Source: Amoebidium appalachense | Taxonomy: Eukaryota > Protista > Ichthyosporea | Direction: 5' to 3' | NCBI GenBank assembly: GCA_963693365.1 | Contig: CAVNZM010000017.1 | Coordinates: 2,657,527 to 2,721,526 of the forward strand | DNA length: 64,000 bases | Shown: in pieces, positions 27,293-40,900 of the stretch | Layout of the letters: every line of letters starts with the position of its first letter | Position numbering within the stretch: the first letter of the stretch is position 1 | The notes under the pieces: generated by a model | What the model was told of the DNA's origin: nothing | Seen by the model: only the letters and a program-made list of their open reading frames with translations | The model's database searches: none | Position numbers and translations under genes: made by a program

Positions 27293-30200
27293 TGTTGGAG
27301 TACACTGGTACTCCCGGCTAGCAATGTCTGTTAGAGAAAGTTTCTGAGCAATTGAATAACTGTTTCAACACTCACTCGAGTGCATAGAGCTTTTGTTTAC
27401 GGTCATATTCATATATGGTAGTTATATGTTTGAGCCAAAACTGTACCAATGACGAGCTTCACTAGCAACGTGCTAATTGTGCTCTCTTTTCGGCTATTCC
27501 CGGTTCAGATGATGTCATGTCTATATTTGCCACAGGATTCTATTCTTAGAGTGGTAGTGTGCTTTATTCCCGGATATTCTCAGAATATTTTTAGTTGTGT
27601 GAAGCAAGATTTACGTTTAACTGCAATTGGTGTGTTAAACACGTTTATTTGTGTGCTTTAGTGCAAGTTAACTAGCCACTCAACGTGCACAGTTAACCTT
27701 TATATCTTTAACGACTTGTTTTCATTGTGCTCTCTTTTCGGCCATGCTGTACATGGCCCACCACCAGGGTGCACACGAGGCCACCATGAGGTGGCCAACG
27801 ACTATATAAAGCAGTGCCTCCCATGTCACAAACATGGGAAGCAGAACGTTTGATTTACACTTTTCTACTGTCGTTTCCAGTGCACAAAACACATAGACTA
27901 GTTACCCATCATACACGACACTATGTCTGACAACTTACAGTTGCAGCAACTAGTCCAACTACTGGAGCAGAGGTTGGCCTCACAAGATGCAATCATTTCT
28001 GACTTACAGAAGGAACAACGTGCACTAGAACTAGCTTCTATGAACACAATGTCCAACAGGGTTATGGGCCCCTCACGTAATGATTCCATCAAGTTCAAGG
28101 TCGACATCCCTCTCTTCACTGGCATTGATAATGATTCAGGCACGGACTACCACACATGGGCCGAAACCATGTATGTCCAGCTTTCTGGTGCTGGTCTTCT
28201 CCACACCATCGCGCCCAGTACGGAGCACCCGGCTACCCGTGAACAGGTCGACACTGCCCGTTCCTACCTGTGGCAAGCACTCTCGGTTGACGTGCGTTGT
28301 ATCCTAGGGTTAACACGCACCACCACACCTGCGGAGATATGGTCGGCCCTATCTGCCCACTACCTGGAGCAATCTGAGGCCAATCAGTACGACCTTATCG
28401 GGCTGTACATGAATTCTACGCCTGAACCTACGGACACCGCGACGAAATACGCCATGAAACTCCGCGGCTACGTGCGGCGCCTGGCCGATTACGGCACACA
28501 AATTGGTGATGCTCAAGTGCTGACCAAGCTCACCAACGACCTCGGCAAGGTGCCTTACTACGAAATGCCTGTAATTGCCTACAAGATGACACCCAAGCCT
28601 ACCGTGATGGGCCTCCTCCAACAGCTACGGGCATATGAGACCAGCCACCCACGTGCACGTGTGACTACCAGCTCCGGGCCGGCCGCCTTCACCACACGGG
28701 CTCCTCAACCTGTCATCTGCCACGGCTGCGGCAAACCAGGCCACATCAAGTCTCAGTGCCCCAACGGCAACGGCCAACACAGCAACTCTGGCAACAACCG
28801 TGCCAGCACCTACCCCAAGGGTTCCTGCGTCAACCACCCACTGTCTACCAGTCACACTACCGCCATGTGCAAGGGGGGCAACCGTGCCAACGGCCGCAAA
28901 CCTAAGGGTGGTCCCCTCCCGCCTGGGTCCTGCATCAACCACCCTGCCTCTACTACCCACACTACGGCACAGTGCAAGGGGGGGCTGCCGCTCCCCGGGC
29001 TTTCCTCATGTCTAGCAACGACTGTGGCACCAACAAGGTGCTCCTCGACTCTGGAGCCACTGACCATGTGTGCCCCCGGCCCGATGTGTTCATCAACATG
29101 CGTGCGGCGCCTTACTCCACGGTCCAAGTAGCCGACAAGGGTGCATGTGCAGTGCTTGGGGTGGGCGACGTGTTCTTTTCCAGCACCATCGACGGCGTTA
29201 CTGCGGTGCATCAGCTGACGGATGTACTCTACGTGCCCTCCATCCCCGACACTCTCATCAGTGTGTTCACGGCAACTACCAACGGTGTTTTACCCCGCTT
29301 TGACACCCGCGGCGGCGTTAAGTTGTGCTACGGCGATCAAATTCTGGCCACCGGCTCGGCTGTCGGCACCAAGCTGTACCACATGGCGGTGTCTCTTCTG
29401 CGCGCGGACACAACCCCGGACGCCCAAACCACCACTGCTCCGCGTATCCTCAAGGTTACTGCCGACCTCAACACGTGGCACTACCGTCTGGGCCATGCTG
29501 GCATTGACGCTGTACGTCATCAAGTCTGCAGGCCTGTTGGTGGGTGGCGGTGCCAAGTCTCCGGGTGTGTGTGAGCCCTGTGCCCTCGGCAAAGCCCACC
29601 GTGTTGCCTTCTCCGAATCAACTAGCCAAGCTCCCCGGGTCCTAGCCAAGGTTCACAGCGACATCAGCGGCCCCTTCCCTCCCGCGATCGGTGGTGCTCA
29701 GTACTTGGCGACGTTCCACGACGAATTCACCGGCCACACCACGGCCGTGCCCCTCGTCAAGAAGTCGGACACACTGGCTGCATATGTGACGTACCACAAG
29801 GCGGCGGTTACCCAACACGGTGTTCCCATGCAGGTGTTTCAGTCCGACGGGGGGGCGAGTACATGGGCACGGCCTTCGGGGACTACAACCGTGAGCATGG
29901 CATTCGCCATCAGATCACTACCACCGGCTCTCCTCAACAGAATGGGACTGCCGAACGACTGAACCGGACCCTCCTCGACATGGTTCGGGCACTCCTGCAG
30001 CAGTCCGGCCTTCCGGTGGGATTCTGGGCCGAGGCAGCTGTGACCGCGGCTTTTATACGCAACATGCTCCCGTCGCGAGCCACCGGCAGCCAATCGTCTC
30101 CCGCCCTGCTGTGGACCGGCATTCCTCCCGACTACAGCCGGCTCCGTGTCTGGGGCTCTCCCTGCTACGTCCATCAACAGGATACACCGAAACTGGCGCC

Positions 30201-33167
30201 TCGTGCCGTCAAGGGCATCTTCGTGGGCTACCCTCCTAACATCAAGGGCTACAAGGTCTGGATTCCAGCAGCACACAAGATGACCGTCAGCCGTGACGTG
30301 CAGTTCGACGAGGCTGCTATTCTGCACCCCCTCCGTGATGTCCCATCTGATTGGTCGACCGCACCGGCAATTCATCATTTTTTGGAGTCATCTGATTCGT
30401 CAAATCAGCCAGCCAATCACATCGTCCGGAATGATCAGCAATCTGATTCGTCTCGTCTGTCAGCCAATGGGACAGCGCCGAGTGATCAATTGGACATTCC
30501 GATCCTGCCCGAGCCTGCACATCGGCTCCCCCGGACGACCCGTAGTGGCGCTGTGTACAACGACCAACGTCGAGGCCCGACTGCCAACGTGGCTGCTGCT
30601 ACGGCCCCCCTTGCCCCCCAGGCTACGGCTCCTGCATCAACACCCATCAAGGCTTCCACCATTGTTGTCCCCAAGACTGTCCGGGCTGCACTCAAGAGTC
30701 CCCAGCGTCTGAAATGGGAGGAGGCTGCACACCGTGAGCTCAAGGCCCTGGAAGACAACGGCACCTTCACCCTTGTGCCCCGTCCAGAGGATGGCTCCAC
30801 TGTCATTCCGGTCGGCTGGGTCTTTACGGTCAAGCAGGACAACGTCGGCAACGTCACTGCTTTCAAGGCCCGGCTTGTGGCCCGGGGCAACTACCAGCAG
30901 CCTGGCCAGGACTATTTCGTCACCGAGTCACCTGTGGCTGCGCTGGCTACCATCCGGCTGGTTTTGGCTACCTCCGTGGCCCAAGGTCTGCCTCTGCGCC
31001 ACATCGACGTCAACACAGCATTCCTCAACGGCACCGTCAACGAGACCATCTACATTGAGCAGCCCCCTGGCTTCGTCAACCCCTCGGCCCCCCATGCTGT
31101 CGGCTTGCTCCACAAGGCGCTCTACGGCCTAAAACAGGCACCGCGCCAGTGGTATGAGGCCCTCCGTGACCATCTCCTCGACCAAGGCTTCATTGTGAGT
31201 GCTGCTGACCCGTGCCTGTTCATCAAGAATGCCGGGACCCCAACGTTTATTGCCCTTGCTGCCTACGTGGATGACTTCACCGTGACGGCCGCCACTGATG
31301 CGCTCATCGACGATTTTTTCACCAAGCTGGATGCTCGTTTCTCTGCCAAGGACCTGGGTCGTCCTACCCTGCTCATCGGGCACACTCTTACCTGGCTGGA
31401 GGACGGGTCTCTGCGTCTGGGCCATCGTCAACACATCATCGACTTGGCTGCCCGTTTTCGTCTCACCCACATGTCCGGCACCAAGACCCCCATCGTCCCG
31501 GGCCAGGCCAGTGAAAGCAACAAGACCCCAGCCTACAGCAAGAAGGAGGACTATGCCAGCCTGGTCGGTGCCCTGCTGTGGATTGCGCGTACCACCCGCC
31601 CCGACATTTCCCAGGCTCTGGGAGTCCTTACTCGACACATTCATGCGCCCACCGTCACCCACTGGACTATGGCTACCAGAGTTGTAAGCTACCTGCTGGC
31701 CACCATCGACCTGGGTATTGTCTACCGTCCCGGCCCCCCCAACCTTGTTGGCTACTCCGACTCCGACTACGCCGAGGACCGCGACACCCGGCGATCCACC
31801 ACGGGCTATGTCTTCTTCATCAACTCCTCCCCTGTGTCCTGGGTGTCTCGGCTCCAGTCCATCACCACCCACAGCTCCACTGAGGCTGAATTTGTGGCCA
31901 TGTCTGCTGCTACGAACGAGGCCCTATGGCTCAACTATGTGATGGACGACCTGGGCCTTAATCCTATCAATGAGCCCACCCCGGTGCCCATCCATGGGGA
32001 CAATGAGTCTGCCCGGGCCCTGCTGGACACCCTGGGGGTTAAGCCCAAGACCAAGCACATCGACGTCCGCTACTGCTCCATCAAGGAACATCACCTGCTG
32101 GGCAACATCACTGTGGTCCCGGTGGCTTCTGCTGACAACAAGGCCGACATGTTCACCAAGGCCCTGTCTGCCTCTTTCTTCACCAAGGCCGTGGGGATGC
32201 TCAACATGTGCTGAGCACCCGTCATCAACCAACTGCGCCCTCATACTTCAGGGGGGGGGGAGAGAGTTGCATCCGACTGTGCAACTACGTGTACCATACT
32301 AAAATTGAGTGGGGGAATCTTTATTGTCTGTATTTTGTGCACCTGAAGCACTCGAGCTCAGTTGCATTAATTCATACCACAATTATCCAATTGAGTAGGG
32401 GTGTTGGAGTACACTGGTACTCCCGGCTAGCAATGTCTGTTAGAGAAAGTTTCTGAGCAATTGAATAACTGTTTCAACACTCACTCGAGTGCATAGAGCT
32501 TTTGTTTACGGTCATATTCATATATGGTAGTTATATGTTTGAGCCAAAACTGTACCAATGACGAGCTTCACTAGCAACGTGCTAATTGTGCTTTCTTTTC
32601 GGCTATTCCCGGTTCAGATGATGTCATGTCTATATTTGCCACAGGATTCTATTCTTAGAGTGGTAGTGTGCTTTATTCCCGGATATTCTCAGAATATTTT
32701 TAGTTGTGTGAAGCAAGATTTACGTTTAACTGCAATTGGTGTGTTAAACACGTTTATTTGTGTGCTTTAGTGCAAGTTAACTAGCCACTCAACGTGCACA
32801 GTTAACTTTTATATCTTTAACGACTTGTTTTCATTGTGCTCTCTTTTCGGCCATGCTGTACATGGCCCACCACCAGGGTGCACACGAGGCCACCATGAGG
32901 TGGCCAACGACTATATAAAGCAGTGCCTCCCATGTCACAAACATGGGAAGCAGAACGTTTGATTTACACTTTTCTACTGTCGTTTCCAGTGCACAAAACA
33001 CATAGACTAGTTACCCATCATACACGACACTATGTCTGACAACTTACAGTTGCAGCAACTAGTCCAACTACTGGAGCAGAGGTTGGCCTCACAAGATGCA
33101 ATCATTTCTGACTTACAGAAGGAACAACGTGCACTAGAACTAGCTTCTATGAACACAATGTCCAACA
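27293..33167 (+). mobile_element. Full-length Ty1/Copia LTR retrotransposon (Copia-1)
   Basis: 766-bp LTRs at 27293-28058 and 32402-33167 (TGTTGG...CCAACA, two differences seen by eye); copia-type PBS GGTTATGGGCCC after the 5' LTR; PPT GAGTAGGGG; domain order gag-PR-INT-RT-RH. Confidence 0.97.
27923..32214 (+). CDS. Copia gag-pol polyprotein with three frameshifts (~28980, ~29520, ~29850)
   Basis: CCHC knuckle CHGCGKPGHIKSQC; protease LLDSGATDH; WHYRLGH...CEPC; integrase VHSD/SDGG/QQNGTAER; RT KARLVARG, YGLKQAPR, YVDD; RNase H YSDSD, SSTEAE, KHIDVRY. Confidence 0.93.
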
Positions 33168-33170
33168 GGG

Positions 33171-34306
33171 TGTTGGAGTGCAGACTTACGCTCACTCCAC
33201 AATATGTGTATGTTAGCTTTACAATTGGTTCCGTGTACACAGACACACGCTGACACTCGATCACCACATGCACATCTGCATAGTTGAGGAATGTTGCCAA
33301 TTGTGTTTTGACTGCAAACGATTGGTTCACTGGTCCCAGAGATCTCTAAATGAAAGTAACCAATCCGATTAGCACCTGGCATCCGGATTACATTCCAGAC
33401 TGCTGCCCCACGGGTATATAAGCCACGTCTCTGCCAGGTGCAGACATGAAGTTCAGTCATGGAGTTCAGTCATGGAGTTCAGTCATGGAGTTCAGTCATG
33501 GAGTTAACACACTGAAAGCAGTAAAAAACGGGTCAGCGCCCAAGCGCGCCACGACGACCCTAGTCACAGCGGACTCTACTTCCAACAGGGTTATGGGCCC
33601 AGACACGACACCGCGGCCTCTAACTTCACGTCCCCTACGACGCCTTGAACGGAGGAGCCAGAAACCGACTTCTAGGCTGTACCCTACACCCGCGAGCGTA
33701 TTTCCGTGAAGTAGAGACTTTCGCTTCCACAAACTCCATCCGCAGCAGCCTGCGACATCAACGTCAAGTATTCCACTTCATTGGCGGGGCACGCACCACA
33801 GTGGAATGCACACCCCGGTCTACCCTGCAAGCAGCCACACTCACTCTCTCTTCTCTAGTGGTGTGTACACTTCTCCAATTGGGTAGGGGTGTTGGAGTGC
33901 AGACTTACGCTCACTCCACAATATGTGTATGTTAGCTTTACAATTGGTTCCGTGTACACAGACACACGCTGACACTCGATCACCACATGCACATCTGCAT
34001 AGTTGAGGAATGTTGCCAATTGTGTTTTGACTGCAAACGATTGGTTCACTGGTCCCAGAGATCTCTAAATGAAAGTAACCAATCCGATTAGCACCTGGCA
34101 TCCGGATTACATTCCAGACTGCTGCCCCACGGGTATATAAGCCACGTCTCTGCCAGGTGCAGACATGAAGTTCAGTCATGGAGTTCAGTCATGGAGTTCA
34201 GTCATGGAGTTCAGTCATGGAGTTAACACACTGAAAGCAGTAAAAAACGGGTCAGCGCCCAAGCGCGCCACGACGACCCTAGTCACAGCGGACTCTACTT
34301 CCAACA
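33171..34306 (+). mobile_element. TRIM (non-autonomous miniature LTR retrotransposon)
   Basis: Apparently identical 417-bp LTRs at 33171-33587 and 33890-34306; PBS GGTTATGGGCCCAG; PPT GGGTAGGGG; 302-bp internal region without retroelement genes. Confidence 0.95.
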
Positions 34307-34957
34307 ACTTCGCCGATATCCAGATAGCCACCTGCATCAAGAGGGGCAGGACGCGCACTCTTCCTTCTGGTGTGATGCCGTACTTAATCCAGAACAAAAC
34401 TTCTTTAGACGCACCCCCAAGCTCCCACTCATCTACACATGTGCACGAACTCTCTGATACAATGGCAGTTGGGATGCATCACTTGCATCTCCCATCCTGC
34501 CTTCGAAAAAATTGAGACACTACACCTAATAGCTGCAGCACTACGCGCGCTCGCAAACAGTTTACCTACAGCGCTACGCGCGCTCGTAGAACCTAACTAG
34601 AAAGGGCCGCAGCCCAGTTGCCCCCAGGCCGTGGGTGCAGCTCACCCCTACACAAATAGCTATCTATTTAGATTTACCCACCACTGCTAATTACGCTCCT
34701 GGACCACAACTGCTACCCGGGTGCCACGCCGCGCCAGCCGCCCTACCGAGCTAAGCCGAGCCTCCTGCCGTCTGTCGACCCTCTACAGCTAAGTAGGGGC
34801 TAACGGGGAAACAAAGCTAACCCACCTGTAGTCCGGATGATTCACATTCAAGAATCAATTTTGTGGCGCTTCTCAATTTTTATTCTGTGGTCAAAAAATA
34901 CATGTTACTTAAGCAAAAACTTAGTTTTGGTAGTCAAAAAAACGCCCATATAATTTT

Positions 34958-37900
34958 AAAGTGGTTGACTAAGCTATGAATCATACCTGACAAGCTAAAG
35001 TGTAACCTAAGTGTTTTTCTACCAATCAAAACATAACGAGTAATATAAATCTACTCAACGTATATTAGTGAGAGAGAAATATAATTATGTGAAAGGAAAC
35101 AAGAGAAGAAAGAAAGAGAAAAGAAAGAAGAAGAAAGAGGAAAATGAAAAGAAAGCAGGACAGAAAACACGAACATGAAAGCACAGTTATAACCGAAGAT
35201 ATTCATGTACACATAACATGTACACGTTTCTCCCTCACTGGGTAGACTCGTGTACCTATAATCAGTTGCTGTAATCGATATCTAAACACACGAATATAGC
35301 CGACACAACACGATTACAAGTACTCAAATACACTGGAGATCGATGTCATAATTTACGTACAAGGAGCACATCTCTTTCACTAAGTAAATGAATGAAAACA
35401 TAACACGAACTGAGAAGATCTTACAATATGTAAATACTACGTATTACAACATCCCCACTTAAGACTTTGAAGTTTGTGTTATCATATCCCCACTGAACTA
35501 GTGAAATCTCCCCACTTGAGAACAGAAACGGAAAAAAAAAAAAAAAATTAAAGTGTGGACTGTTCCCGGGGGGGGGGGGGGGGGGGGGGGGAGGGGAAGG
35601 GGGGGGGGAAGGGGGGGGGAAGGGGGGGGGGAGGGGGGGGGAAGGGGGGGGGAAGGAACCGGGGCAAAAACAACGAATATATATAACGTGTATAGTCGGG
35701 GTTTGATTAACTGGGTTTTAAACCAGTGAAAGATAGAGTAGAGTCATGGTACAGGTCAAACCTTATATATAAACCCTAAGTGGGCATACCCACAAAGGCA
35801 ATACATATGAAATAATGATTATGATAAAGTAAGTAGTAAACATGAGAAAATCACTCTTGAAGTAGGTCGGGTCAATCCACAATATCCGGTAAACAAAGTC
35901 GAGCACGATGGTGGACATGACTCGGGCCGGGGAGGGGTTTGGTGAGGATGTCAGCTAAGTTGTGGGCTGACTCAACGTAGTGGACAACCACGTCCCCACT
36001 TGCAATGTAGTCCTTGGTGTTGTGATACCGGACGGCAATGTGTTTGGTACGGTGCTTGATGCCGGTGGAGTTGACGATAGCAATGGTCGACTGGTTGTCA
36101 CAGTACACCGGAGTCGGAGCAAGCATGGGACAGCCGAGTTCCTTGAAGAGGTCACGGACCCAAGCAACTTCTTGGGTGCCAGCATTGAGAGCAATCAGCT
36201 CAGCTTCAGTGGTGCTGGTGGCCGTGATGGGCTGGAGCTTGGAGTACCAGATGATGGGCATACCAGCAAACTCGATAATGTAGCCGGTGGTAGACTTCTT
36301 GCTGTCGGCACAACCAGCAAAGTCAGCATCCGTGTAGCATTCGAGTATGGGGGACTGGGTGGCCGAGTACTTGTAGTCAATGCCAAGGTCAATGGTGCCG
36401 AGCAGGTACCGGGCCACACGACGGAGAAGGTCCCAGTGAGTCTTGCCGGGGTTGGTGCTGAACCGACCAAGGAAGCCGATGGCATAGGCAATGTCGGGAC
36501 GTGTGCACCGTGCCACCCAGAGGAGACGGCCGAGTAACTCACGGTAGGGCACGGTGAACGGTTGGGGGGGGCAGTCAGCCAGGGAGACGGTGGTGCCTGC
36601 AGGGATGGGGGTAGACTTGGACTTGGCATCGGTGAGGTTGAAGTCGTGGATGATATCCATGATGTAAGACCTCTGGTGCATGTGGAGGTGATGGGGATCA
36701 GAGTGATTAAAATCAACACCGAGCATACGGTCAAATGGACTCATACGACAGCTGGCCATCTTGCTGATGTGGGCAGCCAGGTCACTGGCAGCAGTAGAAC
36801 CCCGGGTGTTGGTGATGGTGGAGTCGTCGACGTAGTTACCAGCCCGAACCACATCGTTGTTGGGGAAGAACCGGAGGTAGATGCACGGGTCGGTCTTAGT
36901 ACGGGTCAGGCCATGGGCAAGAAGAATGCCGTCGAGGAAGTCGTACCAAGCCTTGGAGGCTTGCTTGAGGCCGTACAGGGCTTTCTTGAGTCTCCAGACC
37001 TTGCCAAGTGTGGCCATGGTGATGAATCCCGGGGGTTGTTTCATGTAGATGGTCTCGGTGAGTGGGCTGTTGAGAAAGGCCGTAGACACGTCGAGTTGAT
37101 GGATGTCATGACCTTCAACAACGGCCAGAGCGAGGATGGCACGGAGAGCAGCCGGACGGATGACAGGGCTCTCAATCAACTCATAGTCAACACCGTATTG
37201 CTGACTGAAGCCTTGAGCAACACCACGTGCCTTGATCTTGGTGTCACCAGCCGAGTTGAGAGTTTTCTCGGAGACAATCCACTTGAAGCCGACGATGTTA
37301 GCACCAGGGGGAGGGTCAACAAGTTCAAAGATGTCTTTGTCGACGAAGGCTTGATACTCAGCAGTCAGGGCTGACTTGACCTGGTCACCATTGGGTCCGG
37401 AACACAGTTGACGGACAAGTTTGGGTAGTTGGTCGATGTTGATGGGGGGACCGGGGGGGACTGGGAGGGTGGTGGTGGCTTGAAGTCCAACCTTGCCCTG
37501 TAGACGGGCAGAACGACGGGGTGCAGGAACCGGGGGAGGTGGAGACGGTGGGGGGGGAACTTGGAAGTTCGGAAGTGCAGGGGGGGGCAACCTCCGGGCT
37601 GGACGGGGCCGAGTGGAAGTTGTCGGGGGAGCCGGGTCGGATGGGTGTGACGTTGCCAGGGGCAGGATGAGGATCGGCAGGCTGGACGGGCACGGGGGCA
37701 GGGGGGGCCGGTGGGGGGGGGTGTCGGGGGAACTACGATGGCAGGAGGGGGGCCAGAGTACACCAGACAAACATCATCTTCAGTGTCAACTGTGGGGGGT
37801 GGTGTGGTCGAGGTAGCAGTGGTGTCGGGGGTCGGAAGTGGTGATGGAATGTCGGACGGGAGATAAGCTGATTCGTCGAAAATCACATCACGGAAGAGGC

Positions 37901-40900
37901 CGACACGATGGGTGGTGGGATTGAAGATCCGGTGGCAGTGTGATTGAAGATCATAGCCGATATACATGCCGAGTTTGACGGTGGGGGCCAGCTTGTTCCG
38001 TTTAGAGGCTGGCACGTGAGTGTAGGCAGGGCAACCGAACACTTTGAGCTCGGAGATGTCGGGCGTGACACCGTAGAAAACCTCGAATGGTGTACGACCA
38101 TTGGCAGTCGTGGACGGGGTGACGTTGATGATGTAGGCGGCATGTTGGAGGGCCTCAGCCCACAGTTTGAGGGACAGAGACTGATCTTGGACTTGATGGA
38201 GGAGGCAACGGACAATCTCTTGGAGGGACCGCATACGACGTTCAACATAGCCGTTCAGTTGAGGGCAGTCCGAGTCCACCGGAGCATAGCTGGCCTTGAT
38301 GCCCTGGGAGAGGCAAAAAGCACGGGTAGCCTTGGAGGTGAACTCAGAGCCGGAGTCGAAGTGGTAGACACCAACTTTGGAGGGGGCATGGGTGGCAACG
38401 AGGTTGGTGTGAGCTGTGAGAATGTCCAGGGTGGTGGTACGGTCGGCCATCGGGTAGATCTTGACGAGTCCAGAGGCACGGCAGACAGTGACGAGAGCAA
38501 CCTGGGAACCTCCGTACGATGTTGTGGTAGGCTCAAAAAAATCCCAATGCCATTCATGACCGGGGATGTTGGAGTGAGGACGGTCACCCTTGAACGGAGC
38601 CTTGGTGGTTTTACCCATAATGCAGCCATGACAATCAGGAACATCACAGTCGAGGACAGAGGAGGGGAGACCAATAACAAGGTCGTGTTTCACCATGTCC
38701 TTGATGCTGGTCATAGCACGGTGCCCCAGACGATGGTGCCAGATGGATGGGTTAACACTGGTAGTGGCAGCCAGAGCCACAGGACGAGTGGGTGGTTGAA
38801 TGGTGTAGTCCTTGAAGTAATACAGACCGTTGTGTAGACGGAGGTTGACGAGATGACGGCCGGTGAGTCGGTCGAAGAGGAATGACGGAGTGGAGGCATC
38901 GTTCAAATCACCCTTGATGTATTCGGCAGCAGCTTGGGATGTTGAAATGAGGAAGGCTTGGCCAGACGGGGTGTAGTAGGCTTCAATGGTAAGGGTGGCA
39001 GTGCCATGGTCGGTGGTGGTGTTGATGACGATATGGCCGGTGTGAGTGGCCAAGACGGGGGTGCCATTGAAGGCAGCAACGGGAGTCGGTGTCGGAAGGG
39101 GAGTGAGGTCATGGAAGAACTCACGGGTGGGGCAGACAGTCATGTTGCACCCGGAATCCCAGGCAGGGTCGGAGGACACGGGGACGGCTAGCATTGTATG
39201 CCGAGAAAGCAAAGGAGACAGATTTCTCACTGCCTTGACGGGAACGGTTGTGTCTGGACATACGGCATTTCGGCTCAGGGCAATCGATGATCGTGTGATC
39301 AGGCTCGTGGCAGTAGGAGCATTCTTTCACGGACGGGGTGTTAGAACGAGCCGGGGAATCAGAACGACGGGAACCCGAGAAACGGGAACGACTGGGGGAA
39401 CGAGACGTGGACCGGAAGGCAGGCCGGTGGGGGGAACGGGATCGGGTGTGCTGACGGGAGAGACGAGTTCGGAGGTCCGTACCAGGGGTACGGTCAAGTC
39501 TGTTGCGTAAGTCACGGCGAGGAAGATCACGGGGGGGAGCACTGGCATTTAATGCCATGCTGGACTTGGAGGCACGGTGGGCACGGTTGCTCCGGAGTTG
39601 CATCTTGAGGTCTTGACGTAACTCGATGCCCTTGACGTGGTTGTGGAGGGACTCGAAGTCGGGGAATAGCTTATCACCGAAGTGATAGTCTTCGATAAGA
39701 CGGTTGAACTCAGGGGTGAGGTCGTCTCTGGTGGTGAGTTCATTGAAGAACTTCTCAGCTAGACGAGTGAAGTGAATGGACTCATCTTGGAGAGACTGGA
39801 GCTGGTTTACGATGGTCTGCAGACGGCTCAGGTAGGTGGTGAATGATTCACCGGGCTGAAGGGCACAGGCATCCCACTGACGGTGAAGGATGCGGATCTG
39901 ATCGGGTTTGCCTTGGAGATAGTGTTGACGGAATTTCCACATGGCCCGTTCAGGGTCCATGCCAATACGGTACTGGGCAACGGTGGTGAGGACGGAAGGG
40001 TCGATGTTCTGTATCATATGGAGCAGGAGGCAATTGCGGGCCTCCTTGAGTTCCGCGGTGGTGCCGTAGCCATAGAAGGGGGGTTCACCGTCAACCGCGA
40101 CGGTGGTAGGGGGGACGTAGTTGTCAGCAAGTACAACATCCACGAGTCGGACACCTTTAGTGCCGGTCATCATGCCGAGAAAAATGATTTCCCATTGAAA
40201 ATAGGTGGTTTTGCTATCGGGACCAGTCTTCCCTTCACCTTTCCACATGGTGATTTTGTTTACGCCAGTTTTGTTTGGATCCATGATTGAAAAACGAGCG
40301 CTAGTTCTAGATGTGTGTAGGGAGCGTGCAAAAGGGCTGCATAACCTGTTAAATTGTATAAGTATTTGGGATGTAAGCAGAGACACAGTGGTGCAGTGTG
40401 AAAACACCACAGACACACACAACAACAAAACACGGAACGATCGGAGCAGTGTACACAACAGACATCAATGTTTAGACACGACTGAACTCAATTTATTTTG
40501 ATCTCGAATAAATACCTGAAATTCCCTTAAGTTAAATCCATACATGATTTCCGACCAGTCGGAAATCAGATCTATGTCTAAAATAACCAATCACAGTTAA
40601 CTGATTATTTCCCGGATAGATCCGGAGACACAGGAACGCACACCATAGGTCACAGCTATAAGAAAGAAATGAGGTGAAGAGTAACGAGGAAAGAGGTGAT
40701 GTTTCTAACCTATCATCGGCTACAAAGACTCAGACATTTTCTGACTAAGTCCACTGATTGGATATAGTACGGCAACACACAAAACAAAAGTGGTTGACTA
40801 AGCTATGAATCATACCTGACAAGCTAAAGTGTAACCTAAGTGTTTTTCTACCAATCAAAACATAACGAGTAATATAAATCTACTCAACGTATATTAGTGA

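Larger units (their letters stand above)
24300..34825 (-). mobile_element. Degenerate DIRS-group retrotransposon (RT, RNase H, phage-type N6-adenine methyltransferase-like domain), split by nested insertions
   Basis: RT start at 34307-34450 continues at 27292 downward (VERLVSKGALE, RLIIDTRPVN, SFDLEDGYY, VLPFG, VFLDD). RNase H motifs ITDAA..GWG and WQSD, resuming as YIPGEVNDRA at ~25060. MT-like HEWSV..TVDQFA..W..WWAP..IIVVP at 24734-25030. A ~33-bp direct repeat lies at 24303 and 34788. No recombinase gene seen. Confidence 0.8.

Noticed and set aside
28975-39190. Programmed frameshifting in the Copia polyproteins
   Set aside because: Most shifts fall in G/C homopolymers, and some lie inside the integrase region; sequencing error or mutation is more likely.
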